A DNA stretch of 64,000 bases from Phoronis australis (Eukaryota; Animalia; Phoronida). How positions within the stretch are numbered: the first letter of the stretch is position 1; every line of letters begins with the position of its first letter. The stretch is from the NCBI GenBank assembly GCA_002633005.1, contig NMRA01000045.1, positions 437,627 through 501,626 on the forward strand. The letters run 5' to 3'. Made by a program: the position numbers and the translations under genes. Shown here piece by piece: positions 11,381 to 24,000 of this stretch. The notes below the pieces were generated by a model. The model ran no database searches and was not told the origin of the DNA. It worked only from the letters and a program-made list of their open reading frames with translations.

Positions 11381-12464
11381 NNNNNNNNNNNNNNNNNNNN
11401 NNNNNNNNNNNNNNNNNNNNNNNNNNNNNNNNNNNNNNNNNNNNNNNNNNNNNNNNNNNNNNNNNNNNNNNNNNNNNNNNNNNNNNNNNNNNNNNNNNNN
11501 NNNNNNNNNNNNNNNNNNNNNNNNNNNNNNNNNNNNNNNNNNNNNNNNNNNNNNNNNNNNNNNNNNNNNNNNNNNNNNNNNNNNNNNNNNNNNNNNNNNN
11601 NNNNNNNNNNNNNNNNNNNNNNNNNNNNNNNNNNNNNNNNNNNNNNNNNNNNNNNNNNNNNNNNNNNNNNNNNNNNNNNNNNNNNNNNNNNNNNNNNNNN
11701 NNNNNNNNNNNNNNNNNNNNNNNNNNNNNNNNNNNNNNNNNNNNNNNNNNNNNNNNNNNNNNNNNNNNNNNNNNNNNNNNNNNNNNNNNNNNNNNNNNNN
11801 NNNNNNNNNNNNNNNNNNNNNNNNNNNNNNNNNNNNNNNNNNNNNNNNNNNNNNNNNNNNNNNNNNNNNNNNNNNNNNNNNNNNNNNNNNNNNNNNNNNN
11901 NNNNNNNNNNNNNNNNNNNNNNNNNNNNNNNNNNNNNNNNNNNNNNNNNNNNNNNNNNNNNNNNNNNNNNNNNNNNNNNNNNNNNNNNNNNNNNNNNNNN
12001 NNNNNNNNNNNNNNNNNNNNNNNNNNNNNNNNNNNNNNNNNNNNNNNNNNNNNNNNNNNNNNNNNNNNNNNNNNNNNNNNNNNNNNNNNNNNNNNNNNNN
12101 NNNNNNNNNNNNNNNNNNNNNNNNNNNNNNNNNNNNNNNNNNNNNNNNNNNNNNNNNNNNNNNNNNNNNNNNNNNNNNNNNNNNNNNNNNNNNNNNNNNN
12201 NNNNNNNNNNNNNNNNNNNNNNNNNNNNNNNNNNNNNNNNNNNNNNNNNNNNNNNNNNNNNNNNNNNNNNNNNNNNNNNNNNNNNNNNNNNNNNNNNNNN
12301 NNGACTCAACAAATTACCTGAAATCCTCCTCAAGTTTTCCAAATAGCGTCTCTAAGATTTTTAAGTTCTTGTGGAGTCTGGATTAACTGCAGATTAAGTC
12401 CAAATCTGCGCTAGATTGCAGCCCGCAACACGATAAAAATCTCTGGAGGAACACACATGTTGTT

Positions 12465-12474
12465 GTCACGTGAC
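12465..12474. promoter_or_regulatory. Palindromic E-box GTCACGTGAC upstream of the candidate distal first exon of importin alpha
   Basis: Exact 10-bp USF/MiT-TFE-type palindrome about 210 nt upstream of ATG 12683. Function is inferred only. Confidence 0.35.
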
Positions 12475-12682
12475 TTTTGTTTTGAAGTTTGTATGCGTGT
12501 GTGTGACAGTAAGCGTGCGTGTGCTTGTCATCAGAGTTCATTTGCCAGAGTAATGTAATGATCTAGGTGTGAATTGTATCCAAAGAAATTAAGTCAAGCA
12601 GAGCGTGTTTTAATATTTAGCTTAGCACTTGCTGGCCTCATCTGCTAAAAAACGTTCAGAGAATTTTTTCGGTAAGACCGAT

Positions 12683-12704
12683 ATGTCACTCATTGAGTCG
12701 CCGG
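12683..12704 (+). CDS. Candidate upstream first coding exon of importin alpha (MSLIESP + phase-1 G)
   Basis: ATG TCA CTC ATT GAG TCG CCG G|GTGAGT with a strong donor. Splicing to the second acceptor (exon start 15008) gives [20 protein letters not shown], in register with vertebrate KPNA6 METMASPGKDNYRMKSY. Confidence 0.6.
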
Positions 12705-13554
12705 GTGAGTGGATGCGTGACCGTAGTGTAACAGCTTTTCCGGAAGATTTGGGGTGTAAGGGTGCGAAGTGGGTCGTTTTGACCTTAAATACACAAATTA
12801 CGATTAGTTAAATAATTTCTCTTAAAAAAATGCAAAAGTTTTTTACGGTAACAGAAACTTTCGGAAATTAGTGCTAATATTTATTTGCCGATGCTTTGTT
12901 ACCCGTTTCATGAATAGATAGTTCCTGACTAAATGTCTTCGATGACAGCCGGTACATTATGCAGGGTGCGCTTCTTGGCCGCGTGTTAACACTGGTCGAT
13001 TTTTTTTATTGGTCTTCGATTCACGGTTTTCACGTGTACAAAGAAGTTTGGGTTCCTGTTGAGGCCGGAGAAGATCTGTTCCGGAAAGAAACAATGCAAG
13101 GCCACTGACAAGTACGCTGCATCTCTTTTCAAAGTCCACACCCGCGTAGTGGGGCACGTCCCTCGCAAGAGCAGCAAAACTTCTGCATTCTTTTTGAATA
13201 GCGGCGTAAGTTTGAAGTGTATACGGACATAACGATGAGGCTCGTGGTCTACAAATTCAGGACTGTCGGATCTTTCAATTGATAAATTGGAGACTTTAGA
13301 ACTGTAGGTAAGGGCATTTTTCACATGTAGTTCATGGGCTGGGCGCTTACTTAAGTCTGAAAACGGGTTGGGGCACTTGTTGGTACATGGGCGCTTATTA
13401 GGGCGAATAGCAGCAGAATTGCATACAGTAGCGTAGTTTAATGCACACAAATCACACGTCATGCAAACCAATCGGCCATTCCATTTACCCTTATCAATCC
13501 CAATAGCCTTTGCGCACCCTAATTTCCGGACATGCGCAATCGTTAAATCGATTC

Positions 13555-13664
13555 GGTTACAACTCCGCTATTGCCTATAACCTGAATGGTTAGCACGCTT
13601 GCCGGTTTTATGGGGATCGCTAGTTCGATTCCCGAGCCGAGGTCGGGTAATCTCGGCTATTGAG
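13555..13664 (+). mobile_element. Diverged solo copy of the tRNA-containing LTR
   Basis: CTGAATGGTTAGCACGCTTGCC(G)GTTTTATGGGG(A)TCGCT(A)GTTCGATTCCCGAG..GTCGGGTAATCTCG(G)CTATT aligns with 11121-11230. Termini are eroded; no PBS follows and no polypurine tract precedes it. Confidence 0.75.
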
Positions 13665-14239
13665 TCTAGTAATACGAGGACCGGGGATTCCGAAAATGAT
13701 AATATCACGTGGTTACGACTTTGAAGTCGAATTGTGCTAATAACCAAAGTATTCTTACTACGCAAAATTGATTTAACTCGACGTATAACAACAGCACGCA
13801 CCTGGAATTCCAGAATGTCCTCACACGATATCGATAATGCCTTTCCACTGGAAGCAGACATCTTGAATATGGAGTTATCTAGGCTACGAGACCAAAGTTT
13901 GAAAATTAATTTTGATTAGGTTTTGCTCCTGATTAGGATAAAATTGTCGAAATTACTGGTGTAAACAAGGCGTTGACTTTTATTATTTTCAGTAATGTTG
14001 CAGAAAATATATTTTCCACAAAAGTTAGCAAGGTGTCACAGAAACGTAAAGCATAACTTAACAACTTTTAACAAATTTAAAATAATTTTAGCTAGATTAG
14101 CGCAAATTACTTCTCATTTTGTGATGAATTACTTTAATTATATGTTTTTAAATTACAAAAAATCTAATTTTTTTAAATATATTGAATAAAAGTACTTTCA
14201 TATTTATTTTTTCTAGTTAGTCGAACGCATGCTCTGTGC

Positions 14240-14316
14240 CCCCGAATATATCACTTCTCTGCTCATTTTTCTTTGAAGAATAGGGGAGTAAGTTAGACAC
14301 AATCACAGATTTCACT
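14240..14316 (+). other. Candidate proximal non-coding first exon (5' UTR) of importin alpha
   Basis: Donor ACT|GTAAGT at 14317 follows a promoter-like stretch. It could splice to the acceptor immediately before ATG 15001. Start coordinate is approximate. Confidence 0.35.
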
Positions 14317-15000
14317 GTAAGTAAACTAATGTGAAACTATGATGCCTAAGACACTTTTATTGCTTTATCGTTTTAACCTGTTTGTAATGCTTAATTCGCT
14401 TTGATTGTCGTGTGAATTTCCTCATGCCAAAACTCATCATCTCGCTCGCCTCGATGACGAATGAACGAAACTGAGTCAGAGAAAGACGGTCTTTTTGGTA
14501 GGCTAGATAAGACGAAAATAAAAATGGTTCGCGATGTTGGGGTACAATTCTTATTCATTCCTCGGGATGACAGGGTTTCTTTTGAAATGGTTAATTTGGT
14601 GGGTAGTTATTAAAGGTTTCTCATGGGCAGCGCTCCANGGGGGGTGCTATAGACAAAATGTTTTCACTTTTCAGTGCTTCGCCGCCCATGTTTCTTCATG
14701 CAGCAGAGCCTTCAAAGGAGTATTGTACAGTGTCACTTATGCTCAGTACAGTTCCTGATCATGAATATCAAATTTGTGACTAGAAACCCAAAATGAGCTT
14801 TAGAATTGACCCAACGCATTATTTCATGACAGTGCCCTTTGTGTGTTCATTTCTTCTTGCCACTAGAATTTTCTCATATAGAAGTGTGTTTTTTTTGAGC
14901 TTGTGCTTAAAGCCAGTGGAACTGATTTAAATGTTGATTGGGGTAGAAGGATATTTGCTATTTGTGTGAGATATTACCATGAGTGTATACACATTTGCAG

Positions 15001-18000
15001 ATGGCAGAAGAAGCGAACTCTCGGATGAAAAGCTATAAAAATAAAGGCAAAGATCTGCAGGAGTTGAGACGAATACGGGAAGAGGAAGGAATTCAGTTGA
15101 GAAAACAGAAACGAGAAGAACAGGTAAATTTTAAGCTGCATTTCACCTTGTTAATCTGGCTAAAAACAAAAATCGCATTTAGGTGGTTTTACCGTCATAA
15201 ACTATTCCTTACCATAGTTGATTTCTGTTTTCGTTACCAACAAGAGCGTCAAAACCATCAGCAACTCGAGAAAATGCTGGCCCAGGAGTTTAGTGGGATG
15301 GCCAGCTTTAAAATTGTGAATTCATAATTTGAGACACAAAGTTGCCAGTTGCCACACACACACAACCGAGCACACACTCAGAATATGACGGGAAGTAAAC
15401 GGACAGAACTCAGAATCACACGGCATAAGTCGGAAAAGCCCTTTGATGAGTCATGCACAGGCAACGTGCGATTGTCTGCCTCTGGCTTAGGAGGTGAGCC
15501 TCTGCAGGATATTGGGCCCAAGATGGGGTAATGGTGGTTAATAGGAGCAAGAGGCACTCCTAACTTTGTGTTCAAAAACTGTCAGAGTGATATCTGGTGT
15601 GGATACTGAACATTTGCTGAGTGTGCCTGTTCTTCACTTGAGGTTTATTTCATTATTTCATTTTTATGCAAAACTGTGGGTTCAGGTTTCTTTGGGATCG
15701 CCCTCTACATTAATCCTACATTCTTTAATGTTTTTTTTTATGTCAGCGCCATGTGCATTATGGCCTTAATTGTTGCAAAAGGTAAATCAGTATGACTTGC
15801 CAATTACTTTCCAGTTATTTAAAAGAAGAAATGTCACCGTAGAACACATTGAAAATGACTTTGATGACACACACTTACAAGACTCCATGGTGACATCCAG
15901 CACACTAGAAGTGAGTACATTCAAAGATGGAAAGAGGAAGCAGTGTGGCCTTGTGGGTTGAGCGTCTGCCTCTTGTTCACGAGATGGTAGATTCGAGTCC
16001 CACTGTACCCCACTGTTAGACCTTTGAGTCAGGTCTCTAGCTCCTCAGCTCAATCTCAATTTGTGTGCATGTCTGTATGTGTTACAAGTTAGTATTAATA
16101 AATGATAAGTGGTTTCAGGTGGTTGTTGTAATGGGCCCGGCTGAGTAACCCAGCCAAATCTGATACAACGTGTATCAGACCACCCGCACTAAATTGATAA
16201 GGCATCAAGGAGTTTCAAGCTCTATTGAGATAGAGATGGTTATACGCTAGTGTTATTATTTGAAGTGTTTCTTCTACTTTAGTAGATACAATTTTGGCAG
16301 TGATAATAATTGTTTTTATGTCAAAATGTGACTTGAAGTTACAATTTTACACTTATGTGTTTTGTTCAGCAAGCGAAAATTGTGATGTCAGTACTTTGGC
16401 AAAAGCTTATGAAGTGATATTTTTGGACATAAGTGCAAAAAATGTATTCTGTCGGCTCACTTTGATCATACTCTGCTGACCCAACTCTCTTGTCTTCCTT
16501 GGAGATGTTTGACTGTGTTCATGTAAGCATTGTCTTGTATTCTTTATAGCAGAGTGGAATTACCCAAGAAATCCTTCAAGATCTCTACAGTGACAACATT
16601 GAGAAACAGCTGCAAGCCACACAGAAGTTCCGTCGGTTATTATCTAAAGGTTAGACGACACTACTCATTTAGCTATATCTGTTGTGTAGTTTTTAAGCCG
16701 ATTTAGATACCCACGATCGAAATAGCAACTACTTAAAGTTGCATTTTGCCCTGTTAAGCTGGCGAATAAACAAAAATCAAATTGAATCCTTCTACTTTCA
16801 TAGAATTGGTCTCTTAACATTTGTCATTGGTAGGATTCTATTTCTGTTGCTAACAAAACCATTGAGACCATCAGCGACTTAAGAAAACACTTGATAGTAT
16901 ATTGTGGTTGTCTAACTCTAAAATGGCGCATGTACATGACTTGAGTTGCTGGCTCGTTCAGCAACAATTTTAAAAGGTCATATGAGCATGATTATGTGTT
17001 TCAGTCCCAAAGGGCTTCTCATTTAATAATTCAGCATTGGTAGCTAAACAAGGGGCAAAATGCTCCTTTAAAGGACTTGCGCAGCACCAATTAGGGCAGG
17101 CTATAATTGCTTACTTCAATGTTTTATAAGTAAGTTAATGGTAGTGAATGATCTCATCAAAACAATCGGTGACCCTGGTGTCCTTGGTTTTATTGTGTAG
17201 TTCACTAGCTCGCCATATTGTAAAACCAAAACTTGGAATTTCACCCCAAAACAACGGTGTTTCTTATATGGCGATGATTGGAGCCTTAAACTTTCCACTT
17301 TGTCAGTTGGGTTGTTTCCGTAAATGAAGTCTTATTTCTTTGAAATAGCCTGATTGGCCACTTAGAAAAGCCATCCCTTTTGTGAGTAAGACAGCATATA
17401 ACAGTTGGCCAGGTATTAGAGAGCACTGCTGGGGCGTGTTCCGTAAGGCGAGTATTGTGTTAGTTTGGCAAAAAAAAACAGCCAAGATTACTCCAGTGTA
17501 ATGAAAGGTCTCACTAAGATTGTGCAATTACTCTTTGTAGAAGCAATAGCCTAATGGCCACCACTGAAAATGATTCAAAGATTACGTCATAATGTTGTTA
17601 TTGATGTTGTTGTCATGTTATATTTCTGTTGTATAAGCAAATATTTTACACAGGAGCCTATTATTACTCACTGAAAGCGGCCCTGAACGTGAGTTCATCT
17701 TTTTTCAGAACCCAACCCACCAATAGATGAAGTGATTCATTATGGAATAGTCCCAAGGTTTGTGGAGTTTTTGGGCTGCGCTACGAATTGCACTCTGCAG
17801 GTGTGTACACCTTTAAAATGTACAAATTTCTGTATTTTATCTATTAGCTGTTTTTGGCGTTATAATAGTTGTTGTTGTTAAAATGTCTTAGGAGTTAAAC
17901 ACAGCTTTTTTAGTTACTCGTGTCATCATACTGATTTATGAGAGTTCTATGTTCGTGGAGAACAGAAAAGGGTGGCGGTTTGTTCTGCAAACTATCATTT

Positions 18001-21000
18001 CGAAGCACAAGTTTGAGGCAGACTGATCTTTTTGCTGATTGGCTGTTGCCTCCTCGTGCTCCATCTTAACCTGTGTGTGTGTGTGTGTGCGTGCGTGCGT
18101 GCGTGACTGAGAGAGAATGTGGTGTGAATGTGGTAAGGGAAAGTAGCGCTCAGTAATTGTGTGATTATCAAGATTATATTTTTTAAAGGCTTGTCCCTAA
18201 TTGTCATAATGTGCTGTTGCTGCTGTGTTTTTGCTTATGGAAATGCAAAGTGAAAGTAACTGTCATGGAAAAATGACCCGGGCTTTCTCTTTAAGTCAGC
18301 TGAGCTAATGTGGAATGATCGTTATTGTGGCAGTGGAAACGCTGTTTTACTGTTAAGATTTTCCCTCAATTACAGGTCATCGCTAGACATTTTTGCTACT
18401 ACGAAAGTAGCCTATATTACAATAAAACAGCAATTTGTTGAATTACTCTTTGTGAGTACTTTTTGTGCACTTATTGTGTTATGTTTGGCCATGAATGTAG
18501 CCCTTGCTCACCAGCTAGTAATCATTTTCCCATTTTCAGTTTGAAGCTGCCTGGGCGTTGACAAATGTTGCCTCAGGAACGTCACTGCAGACTCAAGTGG
18601 TCATGCGGGCCGGAGCTGTGCCAATCTTCATCAGGTTGTTGTCGTCAGAGTTTGAGGATGTGCAAGAACAGGTAGTCAATTCAAGGCACTTAAAGCGGTT
18701 GCAAACGTTCTGGTCCATCAAAAATACCATAAAATTTTGATGTAGATTAGTTACCTCAATGAAACTTGCTGTATTCAGAGTTTTTTTTACTCCTATGACG
18801 TGGTTTTTGGGTTTGGAAAAAATGATTCCATGCTCGACAACATTCTTGACGTATAAAATGACCACTGGTGACTAAACAATTTGTAAAGCCTAGTTTCGAG
18901 CAATTATGGTGTCAGTTCCTTTCAAGCCTTGAAATCATTAACAGATCTGACATAGGAACAATTTGAGACCAATTTTGTAAATGTAGGCCTTAATCAAAAG
19001 GGACGGAAAGTGGTTTATAGTTGCTGTAAGGAACAAGTTAGAGTACCGAGTGTAGAAACAGGCTCGTGTATGCTATGTCCTGTCGAATCTGAGTCATATT
19101 GGCTTTGGAAATAGTATTTTGTCATTGGTGGTAGTACTGACTAAGTATGGCTATTGACATTACAGGACTGGGCTTGCTGTGGTTTTTATTCCGTCCATAG
19201 GCTTTAATTTGAAAGTGAATATCTTACAATTCCAATCTAGACTGTATGCGACTTTGTTTGAACCAATATATGTTCAAGACAGTCTATATGACAGGATGCA
19301 TGGTTAAAGGATTTTGATCTACTATCAAACAACAGAGAAAGTCTTTAAACCATTGCTTAAGTGTTCAGTTTTTACACGAATGTACATCAAAAATATAGAA
19401 ACTCCTGTTTGAGAAAAATATTTTGATAAATGTTGACAACTCTAAAGATTAAAGTTGATCCGTTCAGTCATCCGGTTGAAAGTAATTTTATGCTTGGATT
19501 CAAATGATTAAGACAAAGAATTGTGTCTGATGTGTTTCATCTGATGATGGGGGATGACTTGTGTTAAAACATTAGTGCATTTTCTTTCTTTTCAGGCTGT
19601 TTGGGCTCTAGGCAACATAGCTGGAGACAGTCCAGAATGCAGGGACTATGTGTTAAATGAAAATATCCTGCAACCTCTTTTACAGTAAGTCCTGTCATTC
19701 TGATAATGCCCGAAACAGCTTAGTTGGTACTGGTCGTTTTTTTTTGTGAAAATCTAGTTGACGATACCGCAACTTTATGTTGCTAAAGTTTTGAAAAAGA
19801 ACATTCATCTGAGACTAGCTAAAATAATGAAGGATTTGTTTTTACTTATTGCTTGACATTTCAAACTTTGCTTTACTGTGACTTTGTGCTACTTTTCAAA
19901 AGAGCACCAAACCTTGGCAGAAAATGATATGGATGTGCGATGTTTTTTTTTTTCATTTTTTTGGTGATCTCAGGTTTCAATGACACAAGTTTGGGTACAG
20001 ACCAGAACCAATTACAGGGCTGCCAATTTTCAGGGCCAAAAAAATCATTATCTACGGATTTTTAAACGTTTGAACATTTATTTCCCTTTAAAAAATCAGA
20101 GTAAAGTTAAAAATATCTTTTAAATTATCAGCATTTTGAAGCAAAGATTGGGGCAGGAAGTGATGGAAATTGTCAAGAACTCAAGATCCGATCTATGACG
20201 TATCCTGAATACCAGTGTAGAATGCAATTAGCATACGAAATTGTGATTGGTCAGTTGCAGTTTTTTGTGAAGGACTGAACAATGAAAAATGCGCTTACTT
20301 GGTTTTGCATTATGGGATATCGTATGCTTTGGGATTCATGCAAAGATGTCGAGAGCGAAATTTCGGAGACAAATGGAGTGGCATCAACCGCATGTAATCC
20401 CGCTGTCTTCAACACTGAGAACCCTGATCCCTACAATACTGTTATGGATCAACCGTGGTAGTGTGGGAAGAAATCGACCATGCCGACACCAGAAGCCGAA
20501 AACATCGATGTGACCAGCTGTGTTATTACGTAATTTTGCTATTTTGTTCCATAATTTGAAATCAAAATTTTTTGTTTTGGTGTGTATCAATCCATCTTTA
20601 AGACTTTCTGAAAATGTTGGAAATTGTTGAGCAGTGAGATTGATTTCGATTAGAAAGACAAAGACACACTTCTGTACATAAGCCAACAGATAACAGGGGA
20701 GAGAATTTCAAGTTACAACAAGTCAAACAAGGTGGCGCTAATTTAAGTGCATGAGCACCAATGAAACCAATATATAACAGAAATCTTACAAGTTTTCACT
20801 CGCAAAATACAGATTATGCCCTTAATGAGTTGGCAGCCCTGCAATTGTCCTTTGTTTCAGCCTAATATAGAATCAAATTAATGCATTAGCGTGTTAAAAT
20901 TGATATGATGATACAATACTACTTTGTTTTAACACCTCACACCTTTTTATGGGTGGCATTTCTAGAACCAGAAATTGATTTAGTATGCCTTTTTAGACGT

Positions 21001-24000
21001 TCTTTTTGTGCCAAAACATTGAAATGAGACATGTTGTCTTCTCTTCAGCTAAATCTTTTTTTTTAAGAAGAAACTAATATGCGCAGTTCTAAAATGTTTT
21101 TTCCCAATTTCGATCTTCAAATGAGCAGTTTTGGAAAGTCAGTCTTGAGTGTACCTACCTTGGTTGATATCAAAATAATATCCAAACGTGGGTGGCAGTT
21201 AAATCAGTTCGTTGTTATTTGCAGTAAATAATCTTAATCCTGTTACAAAAAACATACAAAGAGCAGGAAGTTTGTGAGTTTCTTGTTTGTGACAACACTT
21301 CTGATGAACTTTTATAATTTAGAAGACTATCAATCTCAATGATCAACTTTGAGCATGGCGGCTACTTCATCAGGAATTGACATTTCATGGTTCGAAGTTG
21401 AGGACATCTTCCATAAAATACTTGTTACTAGCATTTGCTGTGTTTTTCCCTGGGTTTCCTTTTTCATACTGTTGTATTTTCTTCCCTGTCAGAATCCTCG
21501 GCAAGCAAAGTCGTCTCACGATGACACGAAACGCAGTATGGTGTTTGTCAAATCTATGCAGGGGAAAGCATCCGGCGCCTGAATTTGGAAAGGTTAGTAA
21601 TCATTCACTGTTACACTTAGCAAATGCACCCAGCCTTTGGTGCAATTTGGGGTAGAAAACTAATCTGCCTGCGTCTAGAAATTGCTGTTTTACTGTGGAC
21701 TGAATAAATGTATGTATCAGGGTCAGGAGTTAGAAAGGTATGGTTACTGTGAAGACCACCTCCATTGAAAACGCGAGATGTTCATGGAAAATTTTGACTT
21801 GGAAAACCTAAACGCGAGTGAGGATTGAATGATTGACTATCAGCCTGGTTCATATTGTCTGGTCTTACATTCACTGGATACCGTAACCTCTTTTCAATTT
21901 TGCCCATTAATGACTGCGACAATTTTCTTGTTTTTCAGAAGGCCGAATACGTTATTGAAATGTTGGAAGTTTCCTCCAAGTTCTGTTTATAATTACTACA
22001 CACTAAAATCTATGATCAGATGAAGTGTAAATTTCAAAAGAAATTGTTAAATCTGACAAAACTTTATATCCGCCATAATGTGTGCTTAATTGAATGTATT
22101 AATAAGTGAATAATTCTTCAACCCTGTAGGTGAATGCTGCCTTGCCCATACTGGCTCGACTGCTGTTTCACACGGACTACGATGTGTTGGCAGATGCCTG
22201 CTGGGCCTTGTCCTACTTATCCGATGGGCCCAATGAGAAGATTCAGGCTGTCATTGACTCGGGTGTCTGCCGAAGGCTTGTTGAGCTGCTCATGTAAGCA
22301 TGAGGTTTGGTTTTGTTTCGTTATACTCTCTAAACAGAGTAGCACGTCAGCTGGTGTAAATTTTCTTGGTTTTATTCTGTTCACAATACATTAATGTCTT
22401 TACACTTACGTCTCTAGGTAAAACGTTTATCTTGGTGAAGACAAAAACAAAGTACTTATATTTGCAGCGTAAAATTTGCACAAAATGTTCCTTCAGTGAC
22501 ATCACTAAATGAACGCTCATTGGTAGGTATGGCTATGAGAAGCTGTGTGTGTGTTAGTCATATTTTTGTGTTGCGTGCACTGTCGGTTTTGGTTCAGTTT
22601 TTTTCTCATATCATAAATTGATCTGAAATTACTCATTGGGAGTGATTGGTATCCCTCGACAGTACAAAGTGCCACTCAGTAGTTGTTATGGATTAACTTA
22701 GTATAACTTCCTAAAGCTGCTTTCAAGGTGGTGATGTAGAAGTATAGATTTTGTTAGGTATGTGGCATTCATTTTGTGTCGTGCCACCAGGTGACAAAGG
22801 GAATAAAATTTGAACGTTTCTATTTATTTTTTATCGTCAATTTTAAATCTTTGATTTTTTTTGCATTTTGGACAGCCATGGTAACATTTTATTGACCCTT
22901 GGAGTTTAAAGGTTAAGTCTATTTAAAAAGGCTGAGAGTATGCAATTACAAGTTTGTTATAAATCTTTTTCCTAAATTATCATTTTGTTTTATGAAACTG
23001 ATTTTTTTCATAAAAATTATATGACTCCTATTTTGATAGCCTCTCATGTAAAAGTGGGACATTTTAAAAACAATTCCTATAAGCACTTTGGACCGCAGTG
23101 CATAAAGCATACGGCCAAGGGGCCGGTCAGTCATTTCTGAGATAAGACGTTCTGAAGTTGACCGGTTTCTTGGACATTCTTTTGGGGTCCTGCATAAGCT
23201 GTCTAATGAAATGTGACTCCATCTCTAGCTACTTTCTGTTGTTTTCCTCTCTAGGGATTCACAGCAAAATGTAATATCTGCTGCCCTGCGTGCTGTGGGT
23301 AACATCGTCACCGGGGACGACGTACAGACACAAGTGATCCTCAACTGTAACGCTCTCCCTAATCTAAATCACCTCTTGAGCAGCTCCAAAGAGTCCATCC
23401 GTAAAGAGGCTTGCTGGACATTGTCCAACATCACCGCTGGCAACAGGGCCCAGATACAGGTATGGTAGTGGTGTGCGGGAGTGTTGGGCATGTGGATCAA
23501 GTAGTTGTGTTCTAAGGGAAACTGGCCATGAGAAAACACATAGTGGTTGTATACTTTACCAAAGAAAACACATAGTGGTTGTATACTTTACCAAAGAAAA
23601 CACATAGTGGTTGTATACTTTACCAAAGAAAACACATAGTGGTTGTATACTTTACCAAAGAAGACACATAGTGGTTGTTTACTTTACCAAAGAAGACACA
23701 TAGTGGTTGTATACTTTACCAAAGAAGACACATAGTGGTTGTATACTTTACCAAAGAAGACACATAGTGGTTGTATACTTTACCAAAGTTAATGGCAGTT
23801 TAAAATTGGCTGAGATAATTGCCTTTGCATAGTCAGGTCAGAACTGGAAAATATGCGTGTTAAATGACAGGTATCAACAGGAAAGGCATGGTTTGAAAGT
23901 GTGACTATTTGTATTTTCAGGAATAATAGATTTTCATTCTGCACTGTCGTAGCAGTAGTGACCGGTGTCGTCGTTCATTGTAATTGTCTTTGCAGGCGGT

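Noticed and set aside
11179-12386. Long ORFs spanning N runs (also 42707-43060 and 44996-46156)
   Set aside because: Artefacts of translating assembly gaps.
23531-23788. CRISPR array
   Set aside because: 32-bp units are head-to-tail with no unique spacers, in a eukaryotic intron with no cas genes.
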